In this document: positions 1-8,672 of the stretch, piece after piece
Numbering within the stretch: position 1 is the first letter of the stretch
Layout of the letters: each line of letters starts with the position of its first letter
IMG/VR virus record: IMGVR_UViG_3300005077_000010
Coordinates: 1-64,000 of that record
DNA: 64,000 nucleotides
From: a virus
Reading direction: 5' to 3' (one strand)
Notes under the pieces: model-generated
Seen by the model: the letters and a program-made list of their open reading frames with translations, nothing else
What the model was told of the DNA's origin: nothing
Databases searched by the model: none
Made by a program: the position numbers and the translations under genes

Positions 1-123
1 CCGCCCACCCTGTTATTAAATTTAATTTCAAACTCAAATAGAAAATAGGATAGATTTTTTGCGTTTTTTATAGTATTGCGGGGCGACTGGATCTTTACCC
101 CGGCTCTATTCTCCTCCTCTTAG

Positions 124-151
124 TTGACTTCTCCCTGTCCTATGCTATACC
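124..151 (+). promoter_or_regulatory. sigma70-type promoter, early cassette 1
   Basis: TTGACT-16 nt-TATACC with extended -10 TG; the same architecture recurs at 1307, 1664 and 2213. Confidence 0.75.
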
Positions 152-204
152 GTATCTATGAATGGGACACGCAATCCCGCAACGTCCCAAGAAGGGAATC
201 GAAC

Positions 205-489
205 ATGGTAGACTACACTCCCGCAATCGCACGCATCGTCCGCCCCGCTCTGGAAACCCTCGCTAGCATGAATGAACCGCTCGCTATCGGATGGTTCAAG
301 AGACTGCAAGAAGACATGCAGATGGGACACACTCTGTCTATGGTCCGTCATACTTTTGCGATTCTCTCGCAAGTGGAGACGGATCTGCGAAAGCGTAATC
401 TCCCAGAAGAATACAACGATTTGCTTTCGCGGAGATTGCGTGAAGATCGCAACTCGCTGAGAATCATTCGGGCCGCGATTATCGGATAG
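205..489 (+). CDS. hypothetical early protein
   Basis: ATG at 205 after GAAGGGA RBS and the promoter at 124-151; the track start at 124 lies in the promoter. Confidence 0.7.
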   Translation: MVDYTPAIARIVRPALETLASMNEPLAIGWFKRLQEDMQMGHTLSMVRHTFAILSQVETDLRKRNLPEEYNDLLSRRLREDRNSLRIIRAAIIG

Positions 490-533
490 ATGGTTTGTTC
501 TTTTAACCTTGTTCCACAAAGAAAGGAGGGACG

Positions 534-599
534 GTGGAACATCTCGCGGTTATCTTTATCGTTGTAGTAATCTGGATCATTCTTGACACTCTAATGTAG
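534..599 (+). CDS. 21-aa hydrophobic peptide (MEHLAVIFIVVVIWIILDTLM)
   Basis: AAGGAGG RBS then GTG; a single TM-like stretch; below the ORF-track cutoff. Confidence 0.5.
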   Translation: MEHLAVIFIVVVIWIILDTLM

Positions 600-610
600 G
601 AGACAAAACA

Positions 611-973
611 ATGGAAAAGGTTTCGTTGTATCGTGCTTTCGATGGGACCATCTTCGCCACAAAGGAAGAGGTCGTTTCTTATGAGACGACCAAGAAGATG
701 GGAAGCGCATTGGATGATTTCGTCGCTGCCAATTACAAGGCGAACATGAGCGAGTCGGACTTCTACAAGATTCTGTCCGACAATCTTGTGCATTTGGCGA
801 CGATGCACGAGACGGCGCGGCCCAAGAGGAAGCGCCGTACCAAGGCAGAGATGGCCGGGGAAACGAACGCGGTTCCGGAAACGGACGCGGCCCCGGAAAC
901 GGACGCGGCCCCGGAAACGGACGCGGCCCCGGCCCCGAAGAAGCGCGGGCGTCCCAAGAAGAATAACGGTTAG
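611..973 (+). CDS. hypothetical protein with PETDAA repeats and AT-hook-like KKRGRPKK tail
   Basis: AGGAG RBS; ORF followed by a terminator. Confidence 0.8.
   Translation: MEKVSLYRAFDGTIFATKEEVVSYETTKKMGSALDDFVAANYKANMSESDFYKILSDNLVHLATMHETARPKRKRRTKAEMAGETNAVPETDAAPETDAAPETDAAPAPKKRGRPKKNNG
874..931 (+). repeat. 18-bp tandem repeat CCGGAAACGGACGCGGCC, 3 copies
   Basis: directly visible; encodes PETDAA x3. Confidence 0.95.
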
Positions 974-980
974 TTAAAAT

Positions 981-1020
981 TGCCCGCTCCCCGTCTATCG
1001 GGGAGCGGGCATATTTTTGT
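981..1020 (+). terminator. intrinsic terminator
   Basis: TGCCCGCTCCCCG/CGGGGAGCGGGCA stem followed by a T-tract. Confidence 0.85.
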
Positions 1021-1119
1021 CCTTTTCACGGAATAGAACAATATGTCATGTAGTATAGATTAGAATACTTTGTAGTCTAATATTAATGATGTGTTATAAA
1101 GTAAAACATAAAGTAGTAA

Positions 1120-1280
1120 GTTATAGGATTTATTTTTTTGTCTCACTCAATATAACCGCCCACCCCGCCCTCCCTGTTTAGAGTTAGTACTATTATGTTA
1201 GTCTAGGTATAACACGTTGAATAGGTTATAGGATTTATTTTTTTGTCTCATGCAGTATAACGCGCCCGCCCCGCCCGCCC
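1120..1280. repeat. two direct repeats GTTATAGGATTTATTTTTTT(T)GTCTCA...TATAAC...CCGCCC, period ~105 bp
   Basis: copies at ~1120-1170 and ~1225-1280; the TATAACGCGCCCGCCCCGCCC part recurs at ~2716. Confidence 0.85.
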
Positions 1281-1306
1281 GATAGTGGATAAAGATACCT
1301 ATAGAT

Positions 1307-1334
1307 TTGACTTCCCTCTGGTCTATGCTATACT
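1307..1334 (+). promoter_or_regulatory. sigma70-type promoter, early cassette 2
   Basis: TTGACT-16-TATACT, extended TG. Confidence 0.8.
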
Positions 1335-1384
1335 GTATTCATGGTCGGGAATGGACCTGACCCCAAACTATGAAGGGAGAGAAC

Positions 1385-1585
1385 ATGCTCCGGTCATTGT
1401 GTGAAGAGTGTGAGTTTATGTGGATCGATGATGAGTCCCCGCCGATATGTCATGCATTTGGAGGAAGAAGTATTTACAGGGATAATGTAGAAATGCCGTC
1501 TATTTTTGCTTCTACATGTCCGCGATTTTTCCCTTGGCTCTTGGCGATTGATTGGGATCGGGAAAGAGTTAACGCAGGAGAATAG
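1385..1585 (+). CDS. small Cys-rich hypothetical protein
   Basis: GAAGGGAG RBS before ATG 1385; CxxC motif. Confidence 0.65.
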   Translation: MLRSLCEECEFMWIDDESPPICHAFGGRSIYRDNVEMPSIFASTCPRFFPWLLAIDWDRERVNAGE

Positions 1586-1721
1586 GATAGGACTGCTCGT
1601 TTTGTTTTCCAAGCGCCCCGCACTCCTTCAGGAGTGCGGGGCGCTGATCCGCCGGGGCCGCGCTTGACTCCCCGGCGGATCATGCTATACTGAAGTTGTG
1701 AGCGGGAATGGACCTGCTCAC
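1580..1721 (+). repeat. ~140-bp cassette-junction repeat, copy 1 (palindrome + promoter hairpin + leader hairpin)
   Basis: near-identical to 2129-2270; promoter TTGACT 1664 / TATACT 1686. Confidence 0.95.
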
Positions 1722-1744
1722 AAAACGCGAAGGGAGAACATGTC

Positions 1745-2134
1745 ATGAGGATAAACCTAAACGACGCGACAAGCTGGGCAGTCGGTGACGGATCCCCCGA
1801 TTGGTATCAGGTCCGCGAGAAAATCGCGGAGATGCGCGGGTGTGTATGGTATGGGGGATTCCCCCATATCGACGAAAAAAAGCTTTCGCGTGCCGAATTC
1901 TGCGCGCTCGTGGACATTGACTGCCTCGCTGAAGAAATCCGCGAGAGCTGGATTGCATCGGATGGCGGACTGACAATGGCCGCGTCCGATGCACTTTCCC
2001 TTGCATTGTGGTGCAAGGGAGAAATCCTCCTCCCGCGATGGTCGCGGGAAGAGATATGGGATGAAATGGTAAACGGTCCCTACACGGGGATCGAAACAGG
2101 CATGATGGAGGCCGTCCTGTCCGCTAAGGAATAG
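1745..2134 (+). CDS. hypothetical early protein
   Basis: GAAGGGAG RBS; lies between the repeat copies. Confidence 0.75.
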   Translation: MRINLNDATSWAVGDGSPDWYQVREKIAEMRGCVWYGGFPHIDEKKLSRAEFCALVDIDCLAEEIRESWIASDGGLTMAASDALSLALWCKGEILLPRWSREEIWDEMVNGPYTGIETGMMEAVLSAKE

Positions 2135-2270
2135 GACAGGATGGCACGTTTTGGTTTCCAAGCGCCCCGCACTCCTGAAGGAGTGCGGGGCGCTGATCCG
2201 CCGGGTCCGCGCTTGACTCCCCGGCGGATCATGCTATACTGTATGTGTGAGCGGGAATGAACCTGCTCAC
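2129..2270 (+). repeat. ~140-bp cassette-junction repeat, copy 2
   Basis: near-identical to 1580-1721; promoter TTGACT 2213 / TATACT 2235. Confidence 0.95.
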
Positions 2271-2290
2271 GAACTGTGAAAGGAGAAGGT

Positions 2291-2644
2291 ATGCATCAGC
2301 TGAGTCGAGAAACCATGGTGGCGTTGAACCGGAACCTTCTGCGGACCCTCAAGTATCCTTTGCGGGACTTGGCCGGTCTTATCGGGCAGGAGCCGGTCCG
2401 CCCGCTGGCCCGTCGGTATGACTGGTATGCCTGTCATCGGTTCGATGTGGCAGCGGTGGGCGCTGCCCGAGCCATCATCCAGGCCGCAACGGACGCGTGG
2501 CGCGGCGTTCTGCTGGCATTGGACGCCGCTGCCCCGGAGGCATGGGACGACCTCAACGCCTACGAAGCGGCGTTGCTGGCAACTGTGGAAGGCCACCATC
2601 GTGACGCGCTCCGCCTGGAGTCGGTCTCGTCGGCACGCTCCTGA
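2291..2644 (+). CDS. hypothetical early protein
   Basis: AAGGAG RBS, ATG 2291, terminator downstream. Confidence 0.75.
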   Translation: MHQLSRETMVALNRNLLRTLKYPLRDLAGLIGQEPVRPLARRYDWYACHRFDVAAVGAARAIIQAATDAWRGVLLALDAAAPEAWDDLNAYEAALLATVEGHHRDALRLESVSSARS

Positions 2645-2656
2645 TCACCCCATCCG

Positions 2657-2693
2657 CCCCCCCGGCCTGGAGAGCCGGGGGGGATTTCTTTTG
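2657..2693 (+). terminator. intrinsic terminator
   Basis: CCCCCCCGGC/GCCGGGGGGG stem followed by ATTTCTTTT. Confidence 0.75.
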
Positions 2694-3216
2694 CCCCAAG
2701 AACTGTTATGCCAGGTATAACGCGCCCGCCCCGCCCCAAAACCGCCCCGCGCCAGAATCGGCGCGGGGCGAAAGATATGAGAGTGAATGAAGAAGTAAGA
2801 ACCTGGACCGCCCGATTAGACCGCCCATACCGCTCCGCCCTCCTGCCACCAAAGCGTTCTGCCAGACTGATATACAAACCAAAAGCAAATTCGCATCCCG
2901 TAGGTAAAGGTAAAAAGGAGTGGGAGGAATCAGTTTATACAGGGATGGTATTAAATAACCAAATATACTCACAGCTAAAATCTCGTTACTTGACAAATGT
3001 GGTTATATAGGAATAGCAATTTATAATAATAGTGGGAATAAGAGGAGAGAGGAAGAGTATTAAGATATCAAAGAGCTAAGAGATGTAAAATAATAAATAA
3101 CAAATACCAAGATAAGGTAAATGATAAATAATAAAGTACAGATCTTAAGTAGAATTGAGTAATGAATTAAGTACAAACAGAATAGATTATAAGCACAAAG
3201 AATCAGAGATATAGGG

Positions 3217-3429
3217 TTATTTTAAATTATCAGAAAGGTTATTCCATAAGGTTAAAGCGGAATTATAAGATAGATAAACAGTAGAAGATATAAAAAATCC
3301 GCAATTGTCATAATCATTGCATTCGACTAACCAGCTACTAACATCATCATCATCACCAATATCATTAGAATCTTTTACAATATTAGCTTTAGAACCACAA
3401 ATAGGACAAGGTTTAATTACAGTAGACAT
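3217..3429 (-). CDS. Lar-like (restriction alleviation) zinc-ribbon protein, paralog 1
   Basis: KPCPICG...VEC..CG...A...WN pattern; AGGAG RBS before ATG 3429. Confidence 0.7.
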   Translation of the reverse strand: MSTVIKPCPICGSKANIVKDSNDIGDDDDVSSWLVECNDYDNCGFFISSTVYLSYNSALTLWNNLSDNLK

Positions 3430-3445
3430 AATAAGAACTCCTATA

Positions 3446-3817
3446 CTATTTAATCCTGTCAAGAATCCACTGTGGCAGGAATTCATACGTCATTTTTTCT
3501 ACAAATTCAGAACTTTTATCACCCCAGCCATAAACTTGACAAAAGATTAAGTATATACCATATTGATTAAGTTCATATTTTGACATTTGTTTTACATCTT
3601 CAAGGGAAATAACAAGAGGGGATTTATTATTAAGCAGGACAGTAACAGTAGGTACACTAGCATCTACAATTTTTTTATCTGTTAAAATAGTTGAAGGCTG
3701 TTGAGTTGCATTGGGAGAGATAGCAGTGTTATTAAATACGGCAAACAAGATTACGATAGCAACAAGGGCAGTCACAATAGCAAAAACAACAGCAAGACTC
3801 ATAAACTTATACATCAC
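3446..3817 (-). CDS. membrane-anchored hypothetical protein, paralog of 11199-11633
   Basis: N-terminal TM segment; shares IS/TxxDxxxMxxxELxxxG and PxWI motifs. Confidence 0.7.
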   Translation of the reverse strand: MMYKFMSLAVVFAIVTALVAIVILFAVFNNTAISPNATQQPSTILTDKKIVDASVPTVTVLLNNKSPLVISLEDVKQMSKYELNQYGIYLIFCQVYGWGDKSSEFVEKMTYEFLPQWILDRIK

Positions 3818-3837
3818 TTGTACCTCCGTGACTTACA

Positions 3838-4167
3838 TTACTGGCATGTAAAAGCATCTCGACGGTCTATTCGGATTTCTTCTACACCAAGTCCTAAAAA
3901 TTGCATAATATCAGCAGTAACAACCAACATATAGCTTTCTTCAGTCAAATCCTCCCCGGCACCGTGTCCGATTAAGACGTTATTGCTCCCGGTAGTAAGG
4001 TTTTTGCCAGCACCAACGCCTATTGCTATGTTATTTTGATGGATCGCACTGAGTTTATCATTAATGCAGCATGTTATTCCACAAAATGTATCATATAAGT
4101 ACGCGCCAAAAAAGCCGCCTATAAGAACCACGACAATCCACACAAGAATCATTATATATTTGCCCAT
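3838..4167 (-). CDS. membrane protein with short NxAIGxGAG repeats
   Basis: N-terminal TM; NNIAIGVGAGKNLTTGSNNVLIGHGAG. Confidence 0.6.
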   Translation of the reverse strand: MGKYIMILVWIVVVLIGGFFGAYLYDTFCGITCCINDKLSAIHQNNIAIGVGAGKNLTTGSNNVLIGHGAGEDLTEESYMLVVTADIMQFLGLGVEEIRIDRRDAFTCQ

Positions 4168-4192
4168 CACTCCCTCCCCAGCGCGTCGGTTC

Positions 4193-4543
4193 TCACATGC
4201 GCCCATCGCCAAGCCTGTCATTTCGTTTTATCTCCTTCAAAGCTGAGAATATTTCCTTAAACGATATACGAGTAACCGCCCCATCGGCATAATGTAGCTC
4301 TAGATTATTAAGCTCCTTTTCAATCAGGGTAACATCATACGGACCAAGAACAAATAGGCTCTCGTCTATATGATTATCATACTTGATCTCCTCTTCCTCC
4401 TTTTTCTTCTCTTCTCCTATAACCCAAGTAGGTGCAAACTTTCCACTCATAGCACCCACAACCGCCCCAATCGCAATCAAAGCGTCTCTTCTTTTCATCT
4501 TACCTCCATCGCGCATATCGATCTCCTTCAGCCTGTCGGTCAT
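4193..4543 (-). CDS. hypothetical protein (MTDRLKEID cassette)
   Basis: ORF with GGGAG RBS inside a repeated junction. Confidence 0.6.
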   Translation of the reverse strand: MTDRLKEIDMRDGGKMKRRDALIAIGAVVGAMSGKFAPTWVIGEEKKKEEEEIKYDNHIDESLFVLGPYDVTLIEKELNNLELHYADGAVTRISFKEIFSALKEIKRNDRLGDGRM

Positions 4544-4595
4544 CACTCCCTCCCCCATACTTTATGTACGCGTGAACCATCATCATTAATATAAA

Positions 4596-4976
4596 TTATG
4601 ATTCATCCTCCTGTAGTGCGGTGGATGCACTGTTAATAATCGAATCTAAAATATTCCATTTTGCCCCTACTGACCTAATCTTTTCGGCCCGCAAAAGAAT
4701 AAATTTCAGCGCACCCCGTAGACGCACACTCTCTGCATCTAATCGCTCAATTTCAACGTGCAATGATTCGTTTAACTCATCGCAACCATCCAACTCCCTC
4801 ACCCGTCCTTGCAGCTTATCATTCTCTTCTTCCAGTGTCCTCACCCGGTCTATCAGGTAGCGGATGTCTGGGACAGGAAACATAACGTAGTGTATTGTTG
4901 ACCACCCTTTGGTAGAAAAAGTGTGAATATCCGCATGATTTATATTGTCCTCGATCTCCTTCAGCCTGTCGTTCAT
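4596..4976 (-). CDS. coiled-coil hypothetical protein (MNDRLKEIE cassette)
   Basis: N-terminus shared with the previous gene; resembles the 4978 ORF (RYLIDRVRTLEEEN vs RFLLDLVRELEEQN). Confidence 0.65.
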   Translation of the reverse strand: MNDRLKEIEDNINHADIHTFSTKGWSTIHYVMFPVPDIRYLIDRVRTLEEENDKLQGRVRELDGCDELNESLHVEIERLDAESVRLRGALKFILLRAEKIRSVGAKWNILDSIINSASTALQEDES

Positions 4977-4977
4977 C

Positions 4978-5310
4978 TCACTCCCTCCCCAGCGCGGCGC
5001 GGGCTCTGGTGCCTCTGTCATTCATCACAAACGGCCATCGTATTTCAATCGTACCTTCGTCAGATATTGGGATCTTGCATTCCATGTAGTTGTCGTAATC
5101 CGCGTACCACTCTAGGGCCTCGCGGAGTCTGGCATTCTCGTGTTGATAAAATGCTACGTTGTTTTTGTTCTGTTCCTCTAACTCCCGCACCAGATCCAGA
5201 AGGAAGCGAATGTACCTATACTCCATCTCGTCTGTGGGGATAAATACCAACTTCTCCTCGATTTCCTTTAGCAATTGTGCCTTATGTGCATTGTTTAGTA
5301 TTTTAATCAT
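4978..5310 (-). CDS. coiled-coil hypothetical protein
   Basis: GAGG RBS before MIKILNN; RLREALEWYAD...ARAAL is a common phage motif. Confidence 0.65.
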   Translation of the reverse strand: MIKILNNAHKAQLLKEIEEKLVFIPTDEMEYRYIRFLLDLVRELEEQNKNNVAFYQHENARLREALEWYADYDNYMECKIPISDEGTIEIRWPFVMNDRGTRARAALGRE

Positions 5311-5725
5311 TTCCTCTTCCTTCTTCTGGATACGTATTATTAAATTCCAAATACTGATCATCACTGTCAGGTTCGCTATAAGAAACTTCAAGAATATGCT
5401 TTCCCGGTGGAACATCATGGAACCAATACCGCAATTCCTTGGCATCATACCTTGCCATTTCTCTAAGATCTTCTAATATTTGAAAATCATAAACGTTTGG
5501 CTCGTCAATCTGATCTTCCTGGGTAGCAGTGCTTTCGCATTTATAAAAACGACAAGTGAAATCCCTAGTAAAGAACCACTCTCCCGGTACATCTTCTTTT
5601 ACAGGAACTTTTGTATCATCTTCAATATCTACAGAGCATAGTAATGACTTGTTCTCATCTTTACTTAGTTGTCTAAAATTAGAATCTTTTTTGTATGTCT
5701 TTTCTGTCACAGTTAGCCTGATCAT
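5303..5725 (-). CDS. hypothetical protein
   Basis: AGGAGG RBS; ORF. Confidence 0.75.
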   Translation of the reverse strand: MIRLTVTEKTYKKDSNFRQLSKDENKSLLCSVDIEDDTKVPVKEDVPGEWFFTRDFTCRFYKCESTATQEDQIDEPNVYDFQILEDLREMARYDAKELRYWFHDVPPGKHILEVSYSEPDSDDQYLEFNNTYPEEGRGND

Positions 5726-6018
5726 GTTACCTCCTAGTCATATGGTTTACTAGTATCATTACAATACGGCAGCATTTTCCACTATATTTTTTCTATAGTT
5801 ACATTTACCCTTACTTTAATAGGGGGCCATCCAGTATACCAGCCCTGCTTTTTACCCTTTTTTGTAGAAAATGCTTCAAAATAGAACATACAAACATTTT
5901 CATAAGGTTCTCCGGTTAAATAACAAAAGTCATTAATTTCTTTTTCAATATCATTAGCCATCCACAATTCGAATGTTTTATTTAGCATATTTAATATTTC
6001 CTGTAATTGTTTAATATT

Positions 6019-6363
6019 TTATTCTCTATAGTCATCATATATTTCAATTGTATCAGGAGAGAGGATAATTGAACCTTCTGTATCAATTAGTTTAAGTAAA
6101 TCATCAAGAGATTCGATATTAACAGCCCAAATTTCTCTAGTACCTTCTTGTCTTTTAATATATCCTTCAGGAGTAATTTGATGATTAGTTCCGTATTCTT
6201 TCCAGGGGCCGTTTTCAAATTTAGCGAATTTTTGATTATATATTTCTTCTGACACAGTTCTAATATGCCAGTTAGGAATAGAAGTTTTAAATGCGGTTTT
6301 ACAAGGTGTTTTTTTGCGTGAACCTATATCTGAAGATCTATATATTTCGAATAACATAATCAA
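6019..6363 (-). CDS. conserved phage hypothetical protein
   Basis: C-terminal IEIYDDYRE motif. Confidence 0.7.
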   Translation of the reverse strand: MIMLFEIYRSSDIGSRKKTPCKTAFKTSIPNWHIRTVSEEIYNQKFAKFENGPWKEYGTNHQITPEGYIKRQEGTREIWAVNIESLDDLLKLIDTEGSIILSPDTIEIYDDYRE

Positions 6364-7363
6364 TATCTCCTGCTAATTGTTTTTGATACAGTTCCATTTG
6401 AGGGGATAGGGCATTAGGATAACCATCTACCCATTGACCGCAAGCCCAAGATAAACCTCCACCGGCAGCACCATTTTTTATATAAGCTAAGTTAACATTA
6501 TAAAAATTTTCTTCTAGGATAGCGTTTTTAGTAAAGGTTAATTTATAATTTGTAAAGAATTTAGTAATTATATTTAATGGGGTAGCGGGGGTTTCTGTAT
6601 CTAATATTGGTTTAGGAGTTGACAAGTATGATTTAACTTTACTTAAAATAAGAGAAACATTAGAGATACGGTTATTCAAGATAGAAGAAGGAGAATTACC
6701 TAAGATGTAGTCATATTGAAGACAAAGATTATTAAAGTGATTACCATAAGGATGAAAGCTAATATAATCTAAACAGTCACCATTCCATTGACAATAAGAA
6801 GAGTTACCAGTATTAATATTTGCTATACTAACAGAGAGCATTTTAGTAGTAAATTGTTTAGCTAAATCACAGCAAGATTTAACCCAAGGATTTTCATTAG
6901 TTTGGAGTTCATTAGCTAATTCCCAAGCGAAGATATTACAAGAGTCATAAGTAGTCATAAGCCATTTGAATCTATTTTCGATAAGAGGGAAAGCATTACT
7001 AGTATATAATTCTTGATAATTAACAAGTGGGCCATTATTTTTAATATTATAAGAGTGTAGATTCCAAGTAAGCGGGTTAGCAAAGTAAATAACAGGTAAA
7101 AGGTAAATATCATATTTTTTAGCAGCAAGACAAATAGGAGTAAAGATGGATTCAAATTTAGTAAAGTTATTAATAGTAGGTTCTAGATAAGTAGGGTGGT
7201 CAATGATAATACGCAGCACATTTTCTTTAGCATTAACCATACGCAAGAAGTATTTATCCACATCAGCTACAGGACAATCAAAGCGATCTAAATGTTCATT
7301 ATGTCCGATGGGAATAAATATTTCAGTATTTTTATAGAAGTAAGAGTCATTAGCAGTAATCAT
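6338..7363 (-). CDS. GH5-like (clan A) glycoside hydrolase
   Basis: IFAWELANE acid/base motif, SFHPYG, KPILDTE nucleophile region. Confidence 0.75.
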   Translation of the reverse strand: MITANDSYFYKNTEIFIPIGHNEHLDRFDCPVADVDKYFLRMVNAKENVLRIIIDHPTYLEPTINNFTKFESIFTPICLAAKKYDIYLLPVIYFANPLTWNLHSYNIKNNGPLVNYQELYTSNAFPLIENRFKWLMTTYDSCNIFAWELANELQTNENPWVKSCCDLAKQFTTKMLSVSIANINTGNSSYCQWNGDCLDYISFHPYGNHFNNLCLQYDYILGNSPSSILNNRISNVSLILSKVKSYLSTPKPILDTETPATPLNIITKFFTNYKLTFTKNAILEENFYNVNLAYIKNGAAGGGLSWACGQWVDGYPNALSPQMELYQKQLAGDIDYVIRNI

Positions 7364-7368
7364 TTTAA

Positions 7369-7698
7369 TTAATCCTCATAAAAGAAGGTATATTTAATAT
7401 AAGATTCAGGGTTAATGCAGTATTGAATATTAAAATCATATAAGGCAACAGGGGACAGTGTATTATTAATAGAATGGTACCAGATCCAGTTGCCATTTAT
7501 GAAGATACGAGTTTGTGCGTGTTTTTGTTTTGAGTTTTTAAATTGTCCTGAGCAGATTTGGATATTAGCTGTAGGGAATGTATCTTTTAATATTAAGGCA
7601 CAATATACGGCTTCATGTCTACATACTCCTTTTATTTTAGTAGAATTATTTATGCAACTTGACAACACGAGTAGTAGGAGTATACATAAATATTTCAT
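7369..7698 (-). CDS. putative lipoprotein, possibly transglutaminase-like
   Basis: LLLLVLSSC lipobox; GVCRHEA...HAQ. Confidence 0.45.
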   Translation of the reverse strand: MKYLCILLLLVLSSCINNSTKIKGVCRHEAVYCALILKDTFPTANIQICSGQFKNSKQKHAQTRIFINGNWIWYHSINNTLSPVALYDFNIQYCINPESYIKYTFFYED

Positions 7699-7700
7699 AA

Positions 7701-8096
7701 TTAATCAGACAATTTAAGGTTATATTTTTTAGCTAAAGAAGCAAGTTGTTTTAATTCTTTATCTTTTTTATTTTGGTTAGCGAATTTTGAAGCGAGTTTG
7801 AATTTTTTTTCTCTAATTAGGCGTTGGATAAGTTCTTGAGTAGATTCTTCCATATCTCCAAACAGGATAATATTTTGATAATCTTCGTATTTATCAATAT
7901 CAATACATAAATTAGTATAACCTAATTCAGTATATTTAATATATAAAGAAGTTAAATGGTTTAAAACTTTATCTAATGACCCGCTAAAGTCATATAAAGC
8001 TAAAGTTATTATTTTTACTCTAGAAGAATAACGGACGGCTGTTTCTATTTCTTTTTCAGTTACTTGAATATCATCATAAGAAGATTTATTTTTCAT
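7701..8096 (-). CDS. hypothetical protein
   Basis: ORF with RBS in the minus-strand operon. Confidence 0.7.
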   Translation of the reverse strand: MKNKSSYDDIQVTEKEIETAVRYSSRVKIITLALYDFSGSLDKVLNHLTSLYIKYTELGYTNLCIDIDKYEDYQNIILFGDMEESTQELIQRLIREKKFKLASKFANQNKKDKELKQLASLAKKYNLKLSD

Positions 8097-8108
8097 TTGT
8101 ATTCCCCT

Positions 8109-8336
8109 TTAGAGATTAGTAATAGCTGTAATAATTTGCTCTTTTATATCCTCTTTAAAATCTTCAATAGCCGCTTCAATATCTTCTGTTATTTGTTCTG
8201 TTAAATCATTTCTAAGCGCATCTAATTCATCACCTAAATCATCAATTTTTTCTTGTAAATCTTCTTTTAGAGAATTAATAGCCTTTTGAATATTATCTAG
8301 TTGTTCCAAAATTTCTTCCATTGTATAATCAATCAT
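8109..8336 (-). CDS. acidic coiled-coil protein
   Basis: AAGGAG RBS; heptad pattern. Confidence 0.7.
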   Translation of the reverse strand: MIDYTMEEILEQLDNIQKAINSLKEDLQEKIDDLGDELDALRNDLTEQITEDIEAAIEDFKEDIKEQIITAITNL

Positions 8337-8357
8337 AGTAATTCTCCTTTAAACTTA

Positions 8358-8669
8358 CTATTCTTTAATTTCCTCAAAAGATACAGTTGCCGGTTTATTT
8401 TGTACATATGCCATTTCAAAATCTAATTTATTATTTAATTGTTCTAGATAATCTTGTAAACTCACATATCGATTACCGTAAGAATGTGTTTCAACTACAA
8501 CATATACACTAGTGGCATATAGCGGTTTATAACTTATACCAGCAACATCGGTTTGTAATTTTTCTATAGTTTCTTGTAATTCTTTTGTAGTTTCTTGAAA
8601 TTTGTATATATACCAGCTAAATATTATGATCGTTACCAAAATAAATATTATAACAATAGGAATATCCAT
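8358..8669 (-). CDS. membrane-anchored hypothetical protein
   Basis: N-terminal TM. Confidence 0.7.
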   Translation of the reverse strand: MDIPIVIIFILVTIIIFSWYIYKFQETTKELQETIEKLQTDVAGISYKPLYATSVYVVVETHSYGNRYVSLQDYLEQLNNKLDFEMAYVQNKPATVSFEEIKE

Positions 8670-8672
8670 AAT

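Noticed and set aside
1580-2270. Palindromic repeats as a CRISPR array
   Set aside because: Only two copies, ~550 bp apart, separated by a gene and containing promoters
145-3010. Many antisense and overlapping ORFs in the GC-rich left end, and short opposite-strand ORFs elsewhere
   Set aside because: Shadow frames without RBS or promoter, overlapping better-supported genes or repeats
2940-3216. Purine-rich, AT-rich gap as a replication origin
   Set aside because: No iterons or DnaA boxes recognised; the skew alone is insufficient
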